Below, in pieces: positions 24,492-39,995 of a DNA stretch of 51,988 nt (position 1 is its first letter; each line of letters begins with the position of its first letter). Under the pieces are notes generated by a model. The model was given only the letters and a program-made list of their open reading frames with translations, was not told the origin of the DNA and searched no databases. Made by a program: the position numbers and the translations under genes. The stretch is from Ruditapes philippinarum (Eukaryota): NCBI RefSeq assembly GCF_026571515.1, contig NW_026859662.1, positions 62,001-113,988 of the forward strand, given 5' to 3'.

Positions 24492-27400
24492 ATGACTTCA
24501 AAATCAAGTATTCACTTAATGATATTTTATATGCAAAGCAGGGAAATGTTTAAATTAACACCTCAGCTCTGCAGGCTAGCCAAAACTGAGTATGAGGAAA
24601 CAAGAGCAAAGCTTCCCGATGACGTCAGAGGTGACGTCAGTTTTGACAAAGTGTTGCATCTCATTGAACACGTGGAAAAATCGGAATTTGCTAAAGCAAT
24701 TGAACTTTTAGGGGAGGCATACAAAGAACATGAAGAGATGATGAGTTATTTTCCAAAGAAGAGCAAAGAAAAGCATGCGAAGGTAAACTTATCTTAATTT
24801 GAATGATTCGGTGTCACATTTATTAACATAACTATGTCATGTAAGAGACTTGTTTGATCCTTATATCAAAACATTCCAGCACTGATTCATGGGTGTAAGC
24901 ATATGTTTGGGAGTTATAATGTTTAATAATTTTCATATCTTTGTAGAAAATTGAAGAAGCGGGATCACCGTCTATATTGGAAGAAAAATGGGAACAACCC
25001 GTGCGACCCGATGATATCCCTACGCCTCCAGCTGTAAAGCACACACCCAATGAAGACGATAGCAGAAATTGGAATAATAAATCACCAACTGTATCAAAAG
25101 ATTATGACACAATGAACATTAATGGCAAAGGCACCGGAGATGAAGACAATAATAGGTAAACTGAAAACATATTGATATTTGTAATGAATAACTTGATTAA
25201 AGACACATCATCTATAACGCTTTCATTGTTAAAAAATGTGAACATACAAAATTTACTGTATGCATACTCGTATGTACCATTTCCAAAAGGTGACAACTAT
25301 AAGGTCTCTAATTTCAAAACTTTAATACTAGTGAACTGGATAAAGATATCTGTCAGTAATATAGATGTTCCGACAAGTTTTAAAACAGAAGAAAAACACA
25401 CCGTAAAACTTAAAAGAAATAACAATTTGAATTAAACATACAGCCATTTAAGTGACGTAATGACGCGAGAAAGAGATAAAAATTAGTATTTTATTGCGCT
25501 TGTTAAAAATGAATAAAGAAAAAGCCCTATAAACAAACTGACAATAATATTAATAAATTGGAATAAGGTAATTGCAACAATGATTTTCCTTTTCACTTTT
25601 ATTATCTTAGTATTAAAAAAGTAAACAACAATTTGAATATATTGCTTCTTTTTATCAAGTCATAGGATGACGTATCTCACAACATTTAGAAAGCGTAATG
25701 GCAAGGCTGATTATGAGACAGTGTATGTATCAAATAGTCCTGCAGTGCTTGCTGACAAGTTCACAGAGATATACAAGAACGAATGGAAATCAGCTTATAA
25801 TGAACTCGAAGTTGTTCTCGGTAACAAACAGACTATACGACATATGTTGTGGATTATTGCAGTATGTATAAATGTTCTATCACACGTTTGCATACCATAC
25901 TTGTATATCATGCATTTGAATTAAAGGTTTTAAGCACATTTTTTTTTAATTTTGTAAAACCTTAAAGTTAAAGGTGCATAATATATTAAAAAAAGTAAAG
26001 TAATTTTCAAAATGTGACAACGTTGAATATTAAGATAAGAAAAATACAAAAGTAAATGACGATAGCTCAAAAATATTTTATTTGATTAATTGTCACTTGC
26101 ATTTTTATACCTTAAACGCATTATTAAGCTGTAAATACAATGAATTGATTGATAATTGTTGTATAATTGTCATATACATTATAGATATGTGCAAATCTTT
26201 TCGCCAATGTTGGCCGTGCGAGACGCACAGAAACAAATTAATCCTGTATTATCTAAATTTAAGACACACATACCTTCTGTAAAAAAAGCACAAATGAGGA
26301 TAACTTCCTATTTACTAGAATAACTTCTTTATATCTTTTATTCAGAAATCTTCCATTATATGTGCAAACTTAGCAACTCAACAATTATCAGATGTGGAAA
26401 ACTCAGTTGTTGGTATTATGGTGTCACGAGATCCGTTAAACAAGGTATTGATGTTTGCCGAATAATTCAATTAAATCATCTTACCTGTAATTTTCAATGT
26501 GTTGTTTTTGAGTGTATGCCAACACAACATTTCGTCATACATTAAACTTCTCTTGCTCTATGTTACCACCTTTCATGAATTTTAAGCGCAAAAATCCGCT
26601 TGTTTTCGGCATTTATCAAACTTTATTTAGAACTTACGGTTTCCACAACTGTCCTGGGAAAACAGGCAAAATTATCATTTCTTCGTTTTGAATTTTAAAT
26701 CATTATTCTGTAAATGTCCTCAAAATGAATCCACTAGGCAGTCACAGGTACAAAACTGTTCTTCTTTTAAAGAATAAACTGGTGGTTTCGTAACTTGACC
26801 CACGCGGGTCAGGTAAGAGAGTTATAATATAGCGTTCTCAATAGTTGTCACAGATAACTCTAGAAACGGTAAAGAACATGTCAACTGAATGACTTACACT
26901 TGTTTCAATCATTGTAGTTTTCAGGGTTTGTTCGAGTTACATGACATGTTTTAAAACTAATCGGTGTTCTGTCGGCTTCTAAATTTTGTTTAACATGTAT
27001 AGATATATTTAAGCCCCAAACGCAAAATATACAGAATTTATACAGAAATTCATGCTGGGATTTTAAAAAATGTCATTTTATTGTGATTTGAGTACATACG
27101 ATCATTTTAATATTTTTGTCAATAATTTGCCTGAGTATCACAGTTTAACAGATTTTGGCTGTGTAATAAGCTGTTTTTATAAAATTTGAAGTAAATTATG
27201 TTTAAAAACTAAGGCATGAATCATTGCATGTAATACCATATCAAATAAAAAATCAATTATCTTAACAGAAGTCATTGATTGATGAAACATTAGCAAATAG
27301 AAACGAAAACGCTGTAGCAAAAGCAAGAAGTATGCTTGTAGATTATAGAAGAGAGCTTTCAAAACTGTCTATCCCTATGTTACAAAAGGTAAAGTCTATC

Positions 27401-28138
27401 TTGATCTGTCAGCAAATAGTATGTAAATAATAAAATGCTAACATAAACTGATTACTTACTGCCATTTATTTCAAAAGTATACAATTCGTAATTACCATTT
27501 TATACAGGTGCAGTAAATACAGTTAATATTGACAACAATATTACGTTACATGGTGTTTGTCGACACTTCAAATTATCCTGCGTTTAGCTCTCTATCTTGG
27601 ATTTTTTTGTACATCACCTATTGTTGTTTTTTCTCCTTTGACTGAGAGGAGTTAAAAAAAAATAGCCAAGCAGATCCTTTTCCTGAAAGATGTATTGCAA
27701 TTTGCCAATGTATTAAGTTTTATACTTAACATTATGATTAAATGGAGCACGCTCTAATATTGCTGTTCTTCATAAACAGACTACAAGTAAACACATTTTC
27801 AAAATTAAAAGCACGAGTTGTGTCTTGACTTGCAGGAGATAAGACGTGCGATCGCATCTGAACTTGGAACATCTCTGCCAAGAAGATTTACAGGGATCGG
27901 TAACCATTTTGTTGACTATGCCGAGAAGTGTATTGAAGTTATATGGTTAATGTATGTACACGACCCACCTATGCATCTGGAATGGTTGACCAGGGAGCAA
28001 GAGGGGACGTCATTTAAAACTGATTTATACATGTCCTATACGACACCTGGAACTTTATACGATTATTGTGTCTGGCCAGTTGTACGTCTTCATAGGAATG
28101 GCCCTATTTTGTGCAAAGGAGTAGCACAAGGGAAATAA
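24492..28138 (+). CDS. Mieap-domain protein, array gene 5 (~407 aa)
   Basis: join(24492-24782,24947-25155,25660(or 25666)-25861,26346-26444,27269-27388,27836-28138), phases 0,2,0,0,0, open frame. Motifs FTEIYKNEWKSAYNEL, MLVDYRR, YAEKCIEVIWLMYVHDPPM, YMSYTTPG, VWPVVRLHRNGPILCKGVAQGK*. Confidence 0.88.
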
Positions 28139-28811
28139 TCATCCGTTTTGTAGTGCCACATATCAATACAGTACGGATGAAAAAATGAAATGATTATTGC
28201 AATTGCTTGATTATTAAATACAGGAAATATTATTTATCTTCGAGATAAATGTTTAACAATGTATAAGCTTTTAGTTATTAACATACAAAACATAAAGAAT
28301 GTTCAAAATGAATGAAATGAAATACATGAAATAAAATCAGCTGTAAAGAATGTTTTTACGATGCATTCTAGTCATTCTCATACACAACTTTCATAATAAT
28401 GAACTCCACTGAGGTCCAAAACTTAAAAACTGGTATACAGGTATGACACACCCATCATAATGCTCACTATGAATAAAAATACATTTAAAAATAAAAAGCA
28501 GAATAAATCACATGCGTTCATGAGTATTTATATTGCAATATAGAAAAAACAAATTAAAGACAGAAATATAGTAAGTTAGGACTATGATGCATTACATCAA
28601 AAACATAATTATAGTCATACGACTACATGCAAAGATTGCATACCATATACGGTAAAGATAAACCTTGAGCATACATGTATTTTTAAAGAAGAATTTTATG
28701 GAAGTCAAAGCTGTAACAAGAAGGAAGGCCATGGTGTCACTCGCCTGAACATCATTGCATACGTTTGACAACTTAAGTTGTGCAATATTGTGATTTAGAT
28801 TCTGACATTAT

Positions 28812-30110
28812 ATAGAGGATATTGAATGAGTGTTAGTTTGATACTGCATTTATTGAACGAGCATAATATTATTTTATTTAACGAGTTCAATAAATTCAGT
28901 AATGAACTTACACGAATTAAATATTCTATTTATCGCATGCCAAAAATAAAGATCGTTTGAAGGAACCATTTTTCATTGACGCGCCTATAGTATAACGCTG
29001 AAATCCAGCGAGGCTTAACTCTATGCAGTGATCTCCCCTTATCAGTACAGAGATAACAAGCTGCAAAGGGAGGTAATACTGGGAGTTAACTCAGGTAGCA
29101 CTCCACACTAAATTTCAAGTTTCTGCCGTCAATGTCCTACAAGCAATATGTCTGATAAATCTGATCCCAAACTACACAACCTGGAAAAAGAAAACACATT
29201 TTGTTAAGAACATATATGTCATACCATTGCAAATCTGTAATGAAATCATCCCATGTGCAACAGTCAGGCAGTTAAAAAAATCCAATTCATTCCGTAAAAG
29301 CCAAAAATCTATAGTGGTCCGAGACCCAAAACAACATTTTTCGTCCCTCCGGTAAAAAATACCTGCAAATATACGGTCTACAAAAACTCTGTCACTGCTT
29401 TAGCAACTCCCTGTGCATGCAAAATATCACAAAGAAATAGGTGCTTGGCCTTGTAGATTTTTTGCTATTGCTGAAAGTTTGAACCCCCCTGTAAAATTAC
29501 TTTTTTTTCACCGAGCATGCTGTTTAAAAGCAATGTTTACAAACAATGGCGACCTTGACATCAATAATTATCAGCATGTGATTTCGAACCATGTTTTCGA
29601 ATTTGCCAATGATCATATTACATGTCACAAAAACAAATTTCATGCTGAAAATGCATTTTAAAGACAACCAGTCATTTAAATCCACAATAGTCACTATATC
29701 CATGAAATCCTCCCTGGCCATTCGAAGCTGCGGCTTCATTTAGTGTGGTGTGCTGCCTCATTACAGGATTGGAACAGTACCTCTAGACGCTTGCAAAATT
29801 CATGATCACAAAATAGACAAATATCGTTGGGGTTTTTCGCCAATTATTACATTTTTCATGCATCTACACTCAAAACTCGGGGTAAAAAGATGACTTAGAC
29901 CTTTTAAAGTTCATTCCGTTAGGTAAAAAGGCAAGATTTTAGCATTTTATCATTCAAGCGCCTTGTCCTGTATATACCGGAATACTGTATTTAGTGTGGT
30001 GCTCCAATCTCACTCGAGTTTGCTTAACGCTATGTTTGTATATGCAATATCGCAAATGACGTCACGTCAAATATATGCACGGCCGTGCAATATCCTTTTT
30101 GGTTATGAGA
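28812..30110. mobile_element. Probable decayed DNA transposon (Crypton-like ends)
   Basis: Starts ATAGAGGATATTG with a TTATTGAAC..GTTCAATAA hairpin and has CAATATCCTT near 30090. Interior GC is higher than the flanks; no recognisable ORF. Confidence 0.35.
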
Positions 30111-30491
30111 TAATATGTTGATATTTCCTATTAACTTTTAGAGATCAGGTCGGTACTTGAATGTTTAATTGAAATACCAATTGAGTGCAACCATGATGCA
30201 AGGAAGTTTTGTTAAAGCCGCAGAGACTAAAATCCCGCCCGAAGTTCATACTAGGTATTAAATACTTACAAGAAAAAAAAAGAAAAATATTGTGTAGCCT
30301 TTGTATAATTTTGATCCCAGTAAAGGGATGCAGTTTGTGAAAAGTGAGTATTTATATTAAAAGAATACAGAATATGATATTGAAAGCAAGATGTTTACAT
30401 AATTACATAATTGTAAGATATGTTTGGTTTATACATAATTTATTTTGTTTGGTTTATACATAATTTATTTAAGTCCGATTGTGTAGAAATC

Positions 30492-30607
30492 TATAAATAT
30501 CTGGAAATAAAGTGATCCCTCGGAAGCATTAATCACAACAAAATTACAAGAGAATTGCAGACTCGGTTTGATTGAGTCTGTTCATGAGGGATAATGAAAA
30601 TGTGCAA
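30492..30607. repeat. Dispersed repeat unit, near-identical (inverted) to the insert at 40681-40776
   Basis: About 4 mismatches over ~96 nt versus the reverse complement of 40681-40776, by manual alignment. Confidence 0.85.
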
Positions 30608-32978
30608 GCCTATAGACACGCTCTTGGATTGAATATTTAACTTCTGAATTTCTTATAACCCTAGTTAAGGGCTGGTCTGCGAGGACAATGAGGTCTATTC
30701 TCCGTCTACGCTATAAGCACTGGCACTGCGATTTGAAAATATCCCTGATCATATTGGCGAGAACTCAAAACTACAGCATTGCCCTGGCAGAGTTGTATAA
30801 TAGTTGTATAATATTTCATTTCTTAAGCATTGCTTTTGAAAAAAATATCTGATATATATAGTGAATATATATACGAAAAGAATAAGTATTTTGCAAGGAA
30901 GTCAAAATACTATTTTGTTTACAATTTGCTAGTTTTGTGACAAATTATTTCACACCTATCGCTACATTTTCCAGGAACAATCATCTAACATTTCTCTAAA
31001 ACCATTTTATTTAAACATTATAAATTCGTGTTTACCCTTCCTAAAAAAAGTAAAACATTATTTGTTTCTATGGCAATATGTGCCTTAAAGAGTATGTTTG
31101 TTTGTTTGTTGTTGTATTTCTTATTTATTTTTTTTTCTCGTTATTTTTTGTTGGTTTTATTTGTATTTCTCTCTCTCTTTGACCTAATATATGATTACAT
31201 ATATCATTGAAATTGTTTCTGTAAATTTAACAGAGCTTTTCGGTTAATCATTTTGGATTATTTGAAGTATAGATTTGAAACCTCGTGCTTGTTACAACGC
31301 AGAAACGGTCAGTAATTCAGTGGTAACGCGCTGAACTTGAAAACCGGGGACATAAGCTTCACCGCCAACAAAATAAATGGTATCTGGTACCCTAAAAACC
31401 CGAAGCATTCTAAACCAGGCGTGTTTTCGACTTGTCCACTAAGAAAAGACCAGGATCAAATGATCCTGATTTTATTATCATTGTTTTATAACACTTACAT
31501 TGATCGTATGTCGCTAGAATTAAGTGACACATATTCAAAATGTAAAAGAACCTACTGAGTACCAAAGAAACCATATTTTGGCATAGCATAAAATCAACTA
31601 ATAAAAAAGCGAATACAAAAATAATCGGATCACAAAAAGGATACATTCTAGAATGAAGCTCGATAATTGGATCACTGTTAAATGCCATATCTTGCAAAAA
31701 TAACAATAGATTTATAATAAAATTTCAAAAACACCCTGTTTCAAATTCTGTTCTATCAAGTAAATATTAGAAATTTAATCTATGAGGGTAAACAATGGAG
31801 AATATTTGAGTTTTTAAATTTGATCCTGATTCTTAAATCTTTCTGAACACCAGACTGGGGTCGCCTCAGTACAGGGCACACTGTATCATGCAATTTCCTG
31901 AAAATAACGCTACAGGGTTGCGTCAAATATGGTCAACTGTCAACCGAATGAGTTTTCTTTTTTCATATATTTTTCTGTCACGTATACTTGCGAATTAAGC
32001 TCTTTTTATGACACATATTTTCAAATGCGGACTTTATCCTCATCAATTTCTGTTCCAGGTTTCAGATTGAACAATCATACACTATCTTAAGATAAGTGTT
32101 TCTAGTAAGAAAGGATACCGACGACACGAACATTTAATTTAAGTGACTTTGATATTCCCTAATTGTTAATAACACAGTCATGTCATATGTCACAATTAGA
32201 ATAGGAAAGTGTCTTAAGTAGTTTATGTTTCTCGGATTTCAGTTTGATAGTTTAGAAGATTCGAGACTTTTTTATCTTTCTCAAATATTTTCTGATTACA
32301 GTTCTATATTTTTCAGATGGCCGTTAAGTCAGTGCGGAGATTATATTTTAAAATTTTGTGGAATAGTTAAATAATTTTTGTTTACTGGTTTCTTACATGT
32401 GAATCATACGATGTAATTAATGAAACCGGTTTGTTTTGCTCTATTACGTTTGCATTTTTCGTTTTAAAAATTAGCTGTTGAATTATTTATTGTTTCATAA
32501 TTTCCATAAAGAAACGGAAGAAAACATAGCTATTACTATTAAGTTTAGATATAACTGGAAATACCGGGGGGGGGGGGGGTATCACACGTTCTAAACAAAT
32601 ATCATTTGTGTTTCGTTGTAAAATATAATACTTCAATTAATTACATCTGTCAAAAATGTTATAAATATTCAGACAAAATGAAGTTTTTGTAATTGTGAAG
32701 ACAAAATTGTGCCCTTTCACTTATACATGTTTATAGTAAGGGTATTCTCCAAATAGTTATATAAGGTTCAGTTGTTCTATTAAAAAGTCAAATTTCAATA
32801 CCTTACACAAGCAAGCATGGTATAAGATAAAGATACCGCGTGACTTTGACTTAAACCTAGGTATATGAAATAAAATGAACGATGCTTACGACGTTTATAT
32901 TAGGTTCAGATTACTGCAATATTTTGCTTTTTCGCGTATGTTAGGCTGGAAAAGTTCAATATTGACATCAGTAAATAC

Positions 32979-33092
32979 ATAAAGGATATTTGTTTGCATT
33001 GCATGTAAGATTGAAATATTGAACACCAAATGCAATATTTTCACGTGTGGCGTAGCTGGTGTTAACGAATGAAATATAATTTAATCTTACAT
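32979..33092. mobile_element. Deleted terminal fragment of the element family at 51490-51653 (opposite orientation)
   Basis: AGGATATTTGTTTG..TTGCATGTAAGATTGAAATA..TGAACACCA.ATGCAATATTTTCACG.GTGGCGTAGC matches the reverse complement of 51500-51650 with two internal deletions. Confidence 0.75.
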
Positions 33093-33678
33093 ATTATATG
33101 ATTATGAAATGACATATCAAGTGAATCGAAATATGAAAGATATTAAAAATACAGAAGTCCAATTGTGCAATTTACAAAAACTTTAGTAAATTTAAGGTGC
33201 TAAAGAAATTTGACAACCTCGAAGTAGAGGACAAGGTTAAACATATCCTTGGACAGGCATCCAGCTTTTCAGGTTGCATATCAGAATTATATCATTTATT
33301 GTTATAAAAATGCAAGTCCATTTTGTTTGTGTTGCGGTTTTAAGACAGCTTTTATACAATCTACACGGTTAAAGGCCGGGTTTTTTAATTGATTATATTG
33401 ATATAGAAAGTGCACAAGCAAAGCATATAAAGTGTTACACTGTATAAAGTTAACTTAATTCAAACGTGTCTACGTTTATAAATGAATAATCGTTACTGAT
33501 AACCGTCTCAGAGCAAGTTAAACGTTTCATAAACTGGTCTCTTATATATCTTGTTGGAAAAGTTATTTTCATTGTACGAGTTTACGACCTTATCTTTAAA
33601 ACGCAACAGGTCACACAGGATTCAATATAGTTTGCGGTTATTTATATAAACCAGGAAGTTTATTGTATGTTTTGAATC

Positions 33679-36600
33679 ATGGACACAGAATGTGCAATCG
33701 AACGTGTTTTCGCTACCATAGAGATGAAAAAAGTAGCAAGTCTTGATGATGTTTGCATTAACAACGCAGAAGCAGAGGTAACCTTATTAAGAAATGAGAA
33801 ACTAAACTCTAACGCAGAGAAAACTTTTAAGATCGTCGATGAGATTGTAAAGAAAGTTTCTCAACGTGAGTATAATTTAGCCAAGGAAAAATACACCAAA
33901 GAGATACATTTAAAAAGAGACTTTGCTAAGCTGCTCAAGAAATATTTAGTAAAGGTAAGCATACATTTTACCCAAGTCTTGTGGAATAACACGTTTTTGA
34001 TTAAAAGAAAACAACTGTACGATTATTTACTGAAGGTATTTAAGGAGATATTTTTATAAGTTAAATGAATAAATAATGCTGTCTTTTTCAGCTTGGTAGA
34101 ACAGCATTTAAAACTAGATATTCATTTATTAAAAGTTATATATCTTTAACAGAAATACAAAGACTCAAATTTAACAAAAGTTAAAGAAAACAAAATAATA
34201 TGATATATTTGTGTGTGCGTGCGTGCGCGCGCGTTCGTTGGTGCGTGCGTGTGTGTGTGCGTGTGTATGTGTGTGTGAATTAGTACATGTATAGTAAAAA
34301 TTATTTAACTCCGTACTGAATAATTCAAGGAAGTAGATACGACCTCTTATTTCCGTGAAAAATATAAATAGATTCTTATATTGGTATATTTTACACACCT
34401 GACCTATTATGTACACATCTGTATTAAAGATTTAAGTTACTATACTAACATACTAAGCACGTTTTAAGTAAAATACAGGAGAACATAGATTATATATGAA
34501 TGTATACGGTTAGATGTCTGAAAAAAGCAGATGATTTTAATTCATCTTTTGGATTTGATTTATATGAATATTTCTTAGATCGATTTTACTAGAGGGCGAA
34601 TTATATGAGATGGACCGAATTACTTTAACGATAAGCTCCACACGCTTAGCTGATTATGGAGAACATAAAATTAGAAATTCATCGGCTACTAGTCTGATCC
34701 TTGGGCGAGACGAAGTTACTATAATTATGGCAACTGTTCTCGGACATTGTTTCTATGGTCATTTGCCTCTCACCTCTGATTCAGTTATCATGTCGAATTA
34801 GTTAGTACTCGGTAAATACTGGTTAGTTATCCAGGTTGAACAAAAATGTGTTAAAATCGGCTTCACAACCAGAAAAACACAGAAAAGAACAAAAATGTAA
34901 CACGGTAAATACGTAAACATAGCGTTTTACATAGTTCAACACCATGATTCTGTTGTAATATAAAATACTTTTAAAAACGAACTAATAGATACGACATTGA
35001 CTGGCTGACTAAATTAGAAAAAACGTGTATGTTATATGAATCAATAGAGAGGTATCGCACATAAAATTAATAATGCAGCATAGAGGGAATTGCCGGATTT
35101 TAGAAAGATATGTATTTTATACATACATGCTTTATGGTGTTAAAACTGGAGACAATATTCATTGTATCATACCCATTTCTAAATGAATCGCACATTAATT
35201 GTGTTTATTATGTGTAAAGATAATTTCAAATACTACTATCATATGCAGCTTTCGGTTATTTCATTACTCAATGATAGTTCCTAATGGTTTCATCTTTTTC
35301 TTCGAGAATAACAACAAAGGCGGTGCCGCTGAACATCAGTTACGTGAGGAACCAGAGCCCGATTATGATCAACCACCAAACAATAATGAAAGAAGTTTAC
35401 AAAGTGATGGCCAACAAAGTAGCAGAAATATTCAGGATCATGCAAAAATAAACGCAGCAGCAGCTGAAGAATATGATAGACAGAGAGGGTAAATTTTGCA
35501 ATAGTACTCTTAAAAAATTGCTTTAGACATGATGAACACACCAAATAGCTTTTCTAACTGTTAATGCCATCATATTCGAACCGACTTGACTAGACACGAC
35601 CGTAACTATGTGCCAATAATGAAGTCAAGTATATGAAAATGAAAAGAAATCACATAATGAAAAAATGATCGTGTTTTCGGAATTCCTTGTTAATTTAAAG
35701 GAATATATAAAATTTATAACCAGATATGTTAAACTTGTTAAAATGAGTCGCGGATTATTTTTGCCCATCTCCAATTTTAAGATGGGGTTTGTCCATTTAC
35801 CCCAATGCTTAGCTTGTTAAAATATGCAAATCAACTGGATTCACAATTAAACATACGCATTTTTCTTTTGAAGAGTTGCCTGTCGAGTTCAATATGTAAT
35901 GATAGTGAGCGCATTATTTCTTCATCATACCATATAAAAGAGTATGCAATATCCTCGAGAATTATTTTGCTAAAATTCTACCTTTACAATTTTAGACAGA
36001 AAGCTAGCCAGGCGATGAGGCACAACAACCCGGATATAGCGGATCTAAGTGATCATAACAGACCAACCAAAATTGCTGAACGCTACACACAATTCTATGA
36101 CAACGAATGGACAACAGCTTTTGAAATATTAAGTGAGAAAAAGAAAACTGAAGAAAAGAAAATAACACAACTTCTTTTGGAAATAATTGAAGTAAGAAAG
36201 CGACAGTAGTACATGTAGTTATTCTGTTTCACCATATTCTTTATGTGTAGAATAATTTGAATTGTAATTTTTCTCTGTAACTGTATCATAAAGAAAGGCA
36301 AAGAATCCTATTGTAATATGATGTTTCCTTTCTTATCAATTTGCGCTGATCTGCCTTTTGTTTGATAAGATTCTGAATAAGTTATGTAAATATTTAATTT
36401 TATTATCCTTATTTTTATTTTAATTTGCAATGCACTGTGATTTTTTTTGTCATTATATCAACTGTTTTATTTTCTTGAAAACAGTACATAAGTGAAAATT
36501 AAATGATAACAAAACAAAGTTTTATTAAGACATGGTTATAATCTATTCAAATTCATCGATTAATTTGAAGCTAGAAATGAAATGATGTATTTAGATATAT

Positions 36601-37934
36601 TTACTGCATATTAGACAACTGTTTACTAGGTTTAAGACTGATAGATGCAGCTCTAATATAAGCCCAGTATTTGTACATAGCAACGAGATAGTGTCAGATT
36701 CCGGTTGTGTGATTTTAGTCATATACATAACACTGCATTTTGTATTATAAACAATGTTTCAATGTTCCAGGAGGCATACATTTTCACAAAGAAAGAGGCT
36801 GAGAAACAGATACTTAAGATGAACTCGACCATTATGAATATTTTGGAAAGTGGAGATACGAAAGGGAAACCCTCAGTAGTAAGATTTTTATATTAAATCT
36901 TATCTCATATAACTACGGTATTCTATTCGGGCCATCCTGATAGATGCATAATTCGAAACAGCGAAAACACGGAAAAGGTTGATAAATGTCGAAATAACGA
37001 AACCACGAAAAACCCCTTTTTTAATTGATTTTTTATCGTCGTTTATGCACTCAAAACTGATTGTACTGATACATCAAGTTGTTTATATTTCTAATAGGAA
37101 GACTTATTCATATGTCTTTCTTTATGAATCAAGACATTTCGTCCTTAATATTCACTGATGTTAATTAAATTTTATTTCATACAGAAAGACATGCAAAATG
37201 ACGTAAGCTTGTTAGTCCAGTTTCGCAAACAGCATGCAGAAAGGTCCATAAAAAGATTACAGGCAGTAAGTTTTATTTATAAATACGTATATTCTACATT
37301 TCAAACAACAACTTGTCAAGAAACTTGTAGTTAGAGCTAACCAAATTCTCGTCAAGTAATTGACGGAATGTTATAATATTTCTCATCAAGTTAAATTTGT
37401 CGAAACCTTACTTTTTTCCTGTTTTATGTGTTTTTGACTGACAATTACATCAAACATTGTGTTTGTAAAGAGAGAATCTAGCATAAGTGATTGTTTCTAA
37501 AATATTACTATTGATTTAAGTTATAACACATGCTTTATTCTGTTTTGATATTTACAATGCAATATTTTTTTTGAAAAGATAATAGAACAGGCCTATGAAA
37601 TAGGATTGATGAGTATTTATCTGTGTATTCTTTTTCAAATTCAAAGAACTTTGCTGTCGAGGTAAGAAAGATGTGTACCAAAGTTGTAAGTGGGAAGCCG
37701 CCTACAGATAAGAGTGTAATGATAACATATGGTAACAAAGCTGTAGAACTTACATGGTGGATGTGTGTACAAGATCCCCCTGTTTACATGGTAACATCTC
37801 GAGACAAATTCAACCCCGATTTCTACAGGGCTTATACCAAATCAGGAACTATCCCAGACTTTTATGTCTGGCCGCCATTGAAGCTGCATAAAAGTGGTGG
37901 TATATTGGCAAAGGGTGTTGTACAGTACAAATGA
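33679..37934 (+). CDS. Mieap-domain protein, array gene 6 (~376 aa)
   Basis: join(33679-33954,35307-35488,35996-36191,36771-36878,37185-37265,37647-37934). Motifs NNPDIADLSDHNRPTKIAERYTQFYDNEWTTAFE, EAYIF, LLVQFRK, VELTWWMCVQDPP, YRAYTKSG, VWPPLKLHKSGGILAKGVVQYK*. The exon 2 acceptor is an uncommon GAG, so its 5' edge is less certain and further small linker exons cannot be excluded. Confidence 0.87.
34210..34277. repeat. (GT)n/(GC)n compound microsatellite in gene 6 intron 1
   Basis: TGTGTGTGCGTGCGTGCGCGCGCG...GTGTGTGTGCGTGTGTATGTGTGTGTG. Confidence 0.9.
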
Positions 37935-39214
37935 CTACTTACATTTATATATTTACTCGACTTGTTCTGTAATTATCATTTGATTTACATGAGTCATCTG
38001 AGCCAATCATCAACACCAGGAATCAACTTCGATTACTACTCGTATACTTTTATTTGACTATTGTTCGACTTTTTGGGGTCAGGCAGATGAAATGATTTAG
38101 GAATGAAATTACTTTTTGTCAGGTCTTAATATAATTTTTCTATGATCATTGTTTAAGTACTATGTATACTGCATAAATAAAAGAATATTTATCTTTGACA
38201 AAACAAATAAAAACCAGAAAATACATGAATAATTTTCAAAAAATAAATTAAGGTTAGGATGAAACAGTGGCGCACAATATCAATACTTTATAAAAAAAAG
38301 ATATCATCATTTCCATTATTATTACTATTAATTATTATTTCAAAATTTCTGTAGAATTACTAACGACTATATCTGATCATCTTACGTAAGAACAGTAAGA
38401 ACATCCATGATACCATTCTAGATAGAAGAAATGACTGTAATGATCTGATATTTCCACAAACAAAACAAAACAATGCCGAAATATATAATACGGCATGTAA
38501 ATCATTTTTCCTGAATAGAATAACAAGTGGCTTGATGGCATAATACATATGACATGACATCTAATGAACAAAAAACTCTGAATGAAATTTGTACCAGACA
38601 ATCTATATTGGTTTGTTTGATTATTGTTTGCTGTTGTATTTTTTACCTCACTTAGATTTTGTTTGTTTCCTTTTTCATTTATATTGTTTTTGTTCATTTG
38701 CTAGTTTATTATTGTTTTATACGGTTATGTGATCGTCATATTATTTGCATCGTTGAATAAGATATTAGAGATTAAACGTCTAAAATATTTGGTTTGATAT
38801 ACATTTATATGAATGTATTTTCTTTACATTGTGTTTTTAAGTTGAAAAATACTGATACATATGGACTCTTGAATTGGCATGTTTCACTTATGATATAGAA
38901 CAGCCCTATACGAATTTAATGGTTTTATAAAACAGAATAATAATAAGAATTGAACAGCCTTAGAACAGTATTAATGTTTTAGAATAAAATTGAACTGCCT
39001 TAATGTTTTAGTCAAACTGCACTGCTCCAGTTCTGTACTTTTTATATATTTTCATTGACATTGTACATTGTAGCAGCTAGTACAATTTTGAGTTATACAG
39101 GTATATTTGACGTTTTTGAATATTATTAGTTATTTAAGCATTATTATTCATTTCATATTAAAGAATATAAGTTTCAATGTTGTTTTTCTCATTTTACAGT
39201 TATTTTGCCACAGT

Positions 39215-39995
39215 ATTTCGTTTGAGGCCATTGTGTCTCTGTATTGCTGACCTCTCATAAACCTAAAACACTTAAGCGACGAGAATATACGTTGAAAAAA
39301 ACGAGATGATCCATTAAAGAGTCAGGACGATGAGACGATAGGAATGTACAAAATATATATCGCCCGTGTCATAGTTTAGTGGCTCTCTTGTATTGTCTAA
39401 TCGTCTCGTTACTCCGGTGAACCTTCTGGAATTGCTTGTGTCTATTGTTTCGTTGCTTCAACGCACTGTCTCGTCACTTCGACGCATCGTTTTTGGTCTA
39501 GTCGCTTGGTGAATTGTTTATTCACTTTTTATCATCATCTCTGCTTCGGCGATTGTCTTATCGGGTCTTTGTATTGCATATATTGTCTTGTCACTTTGGT
39601 TTCTTGTTTGCTCGTGATATTGTCTCATCGCTTTGGCGAATAGTTTCCAAGCAATGAGACTGCACAAAAGTGACTTAACGATAACGCAATGGAATCACGC
39701 GACAATACTTTGAAGTAACAGCACGTTGTTAAGCCATTAGACAATGCACCAAAAAGACGACACAAAAAGCAAAGAAAAGAAAGGAGAACAGAAACGTGAC
39801 AATGCGCCAAAGCGACAAGACGATACGCTGAAGCTACGAGACGATACGCCTTACGCATCATACGTCATCCAGTCGTCTCGCAGCTTTGGCGTATCGACTC
39901 GATCGTCGTTCCGATGTATCGTTTCATTGCTCCGCGCCCACAGGCGCGGAGCTATTTGTGTTTACTATTTTTTTGTCCAATGGCCCGGATTTGAT
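39215..39995. mobile_element. Old degenerate foldback element
   Basis: Alternating GACGA/GACAAT-rich and TCGTC/ATTGTC-rich blocks mirrored about ~39630, with residual inverted GGCCATTG/CAATGGCC near the ends; same style as 3103-3568. No TSD found. Confidence 0.45.

Noticed and set aside
29413-29739. Overlapping ORFs in the 28.8-30.1 kb segment as a transposase or recombinase
   Set aside because: No DDE, tyrosine-recombinase or reverse-transcriptase motif was recognisable in the frames examined.
32565-32579. Poly-G tracts here and at ~42395 and ~48102 as functional G-quadruplexes
   Set aside because: Simple homopolymers with no consistent position relative to the genes.
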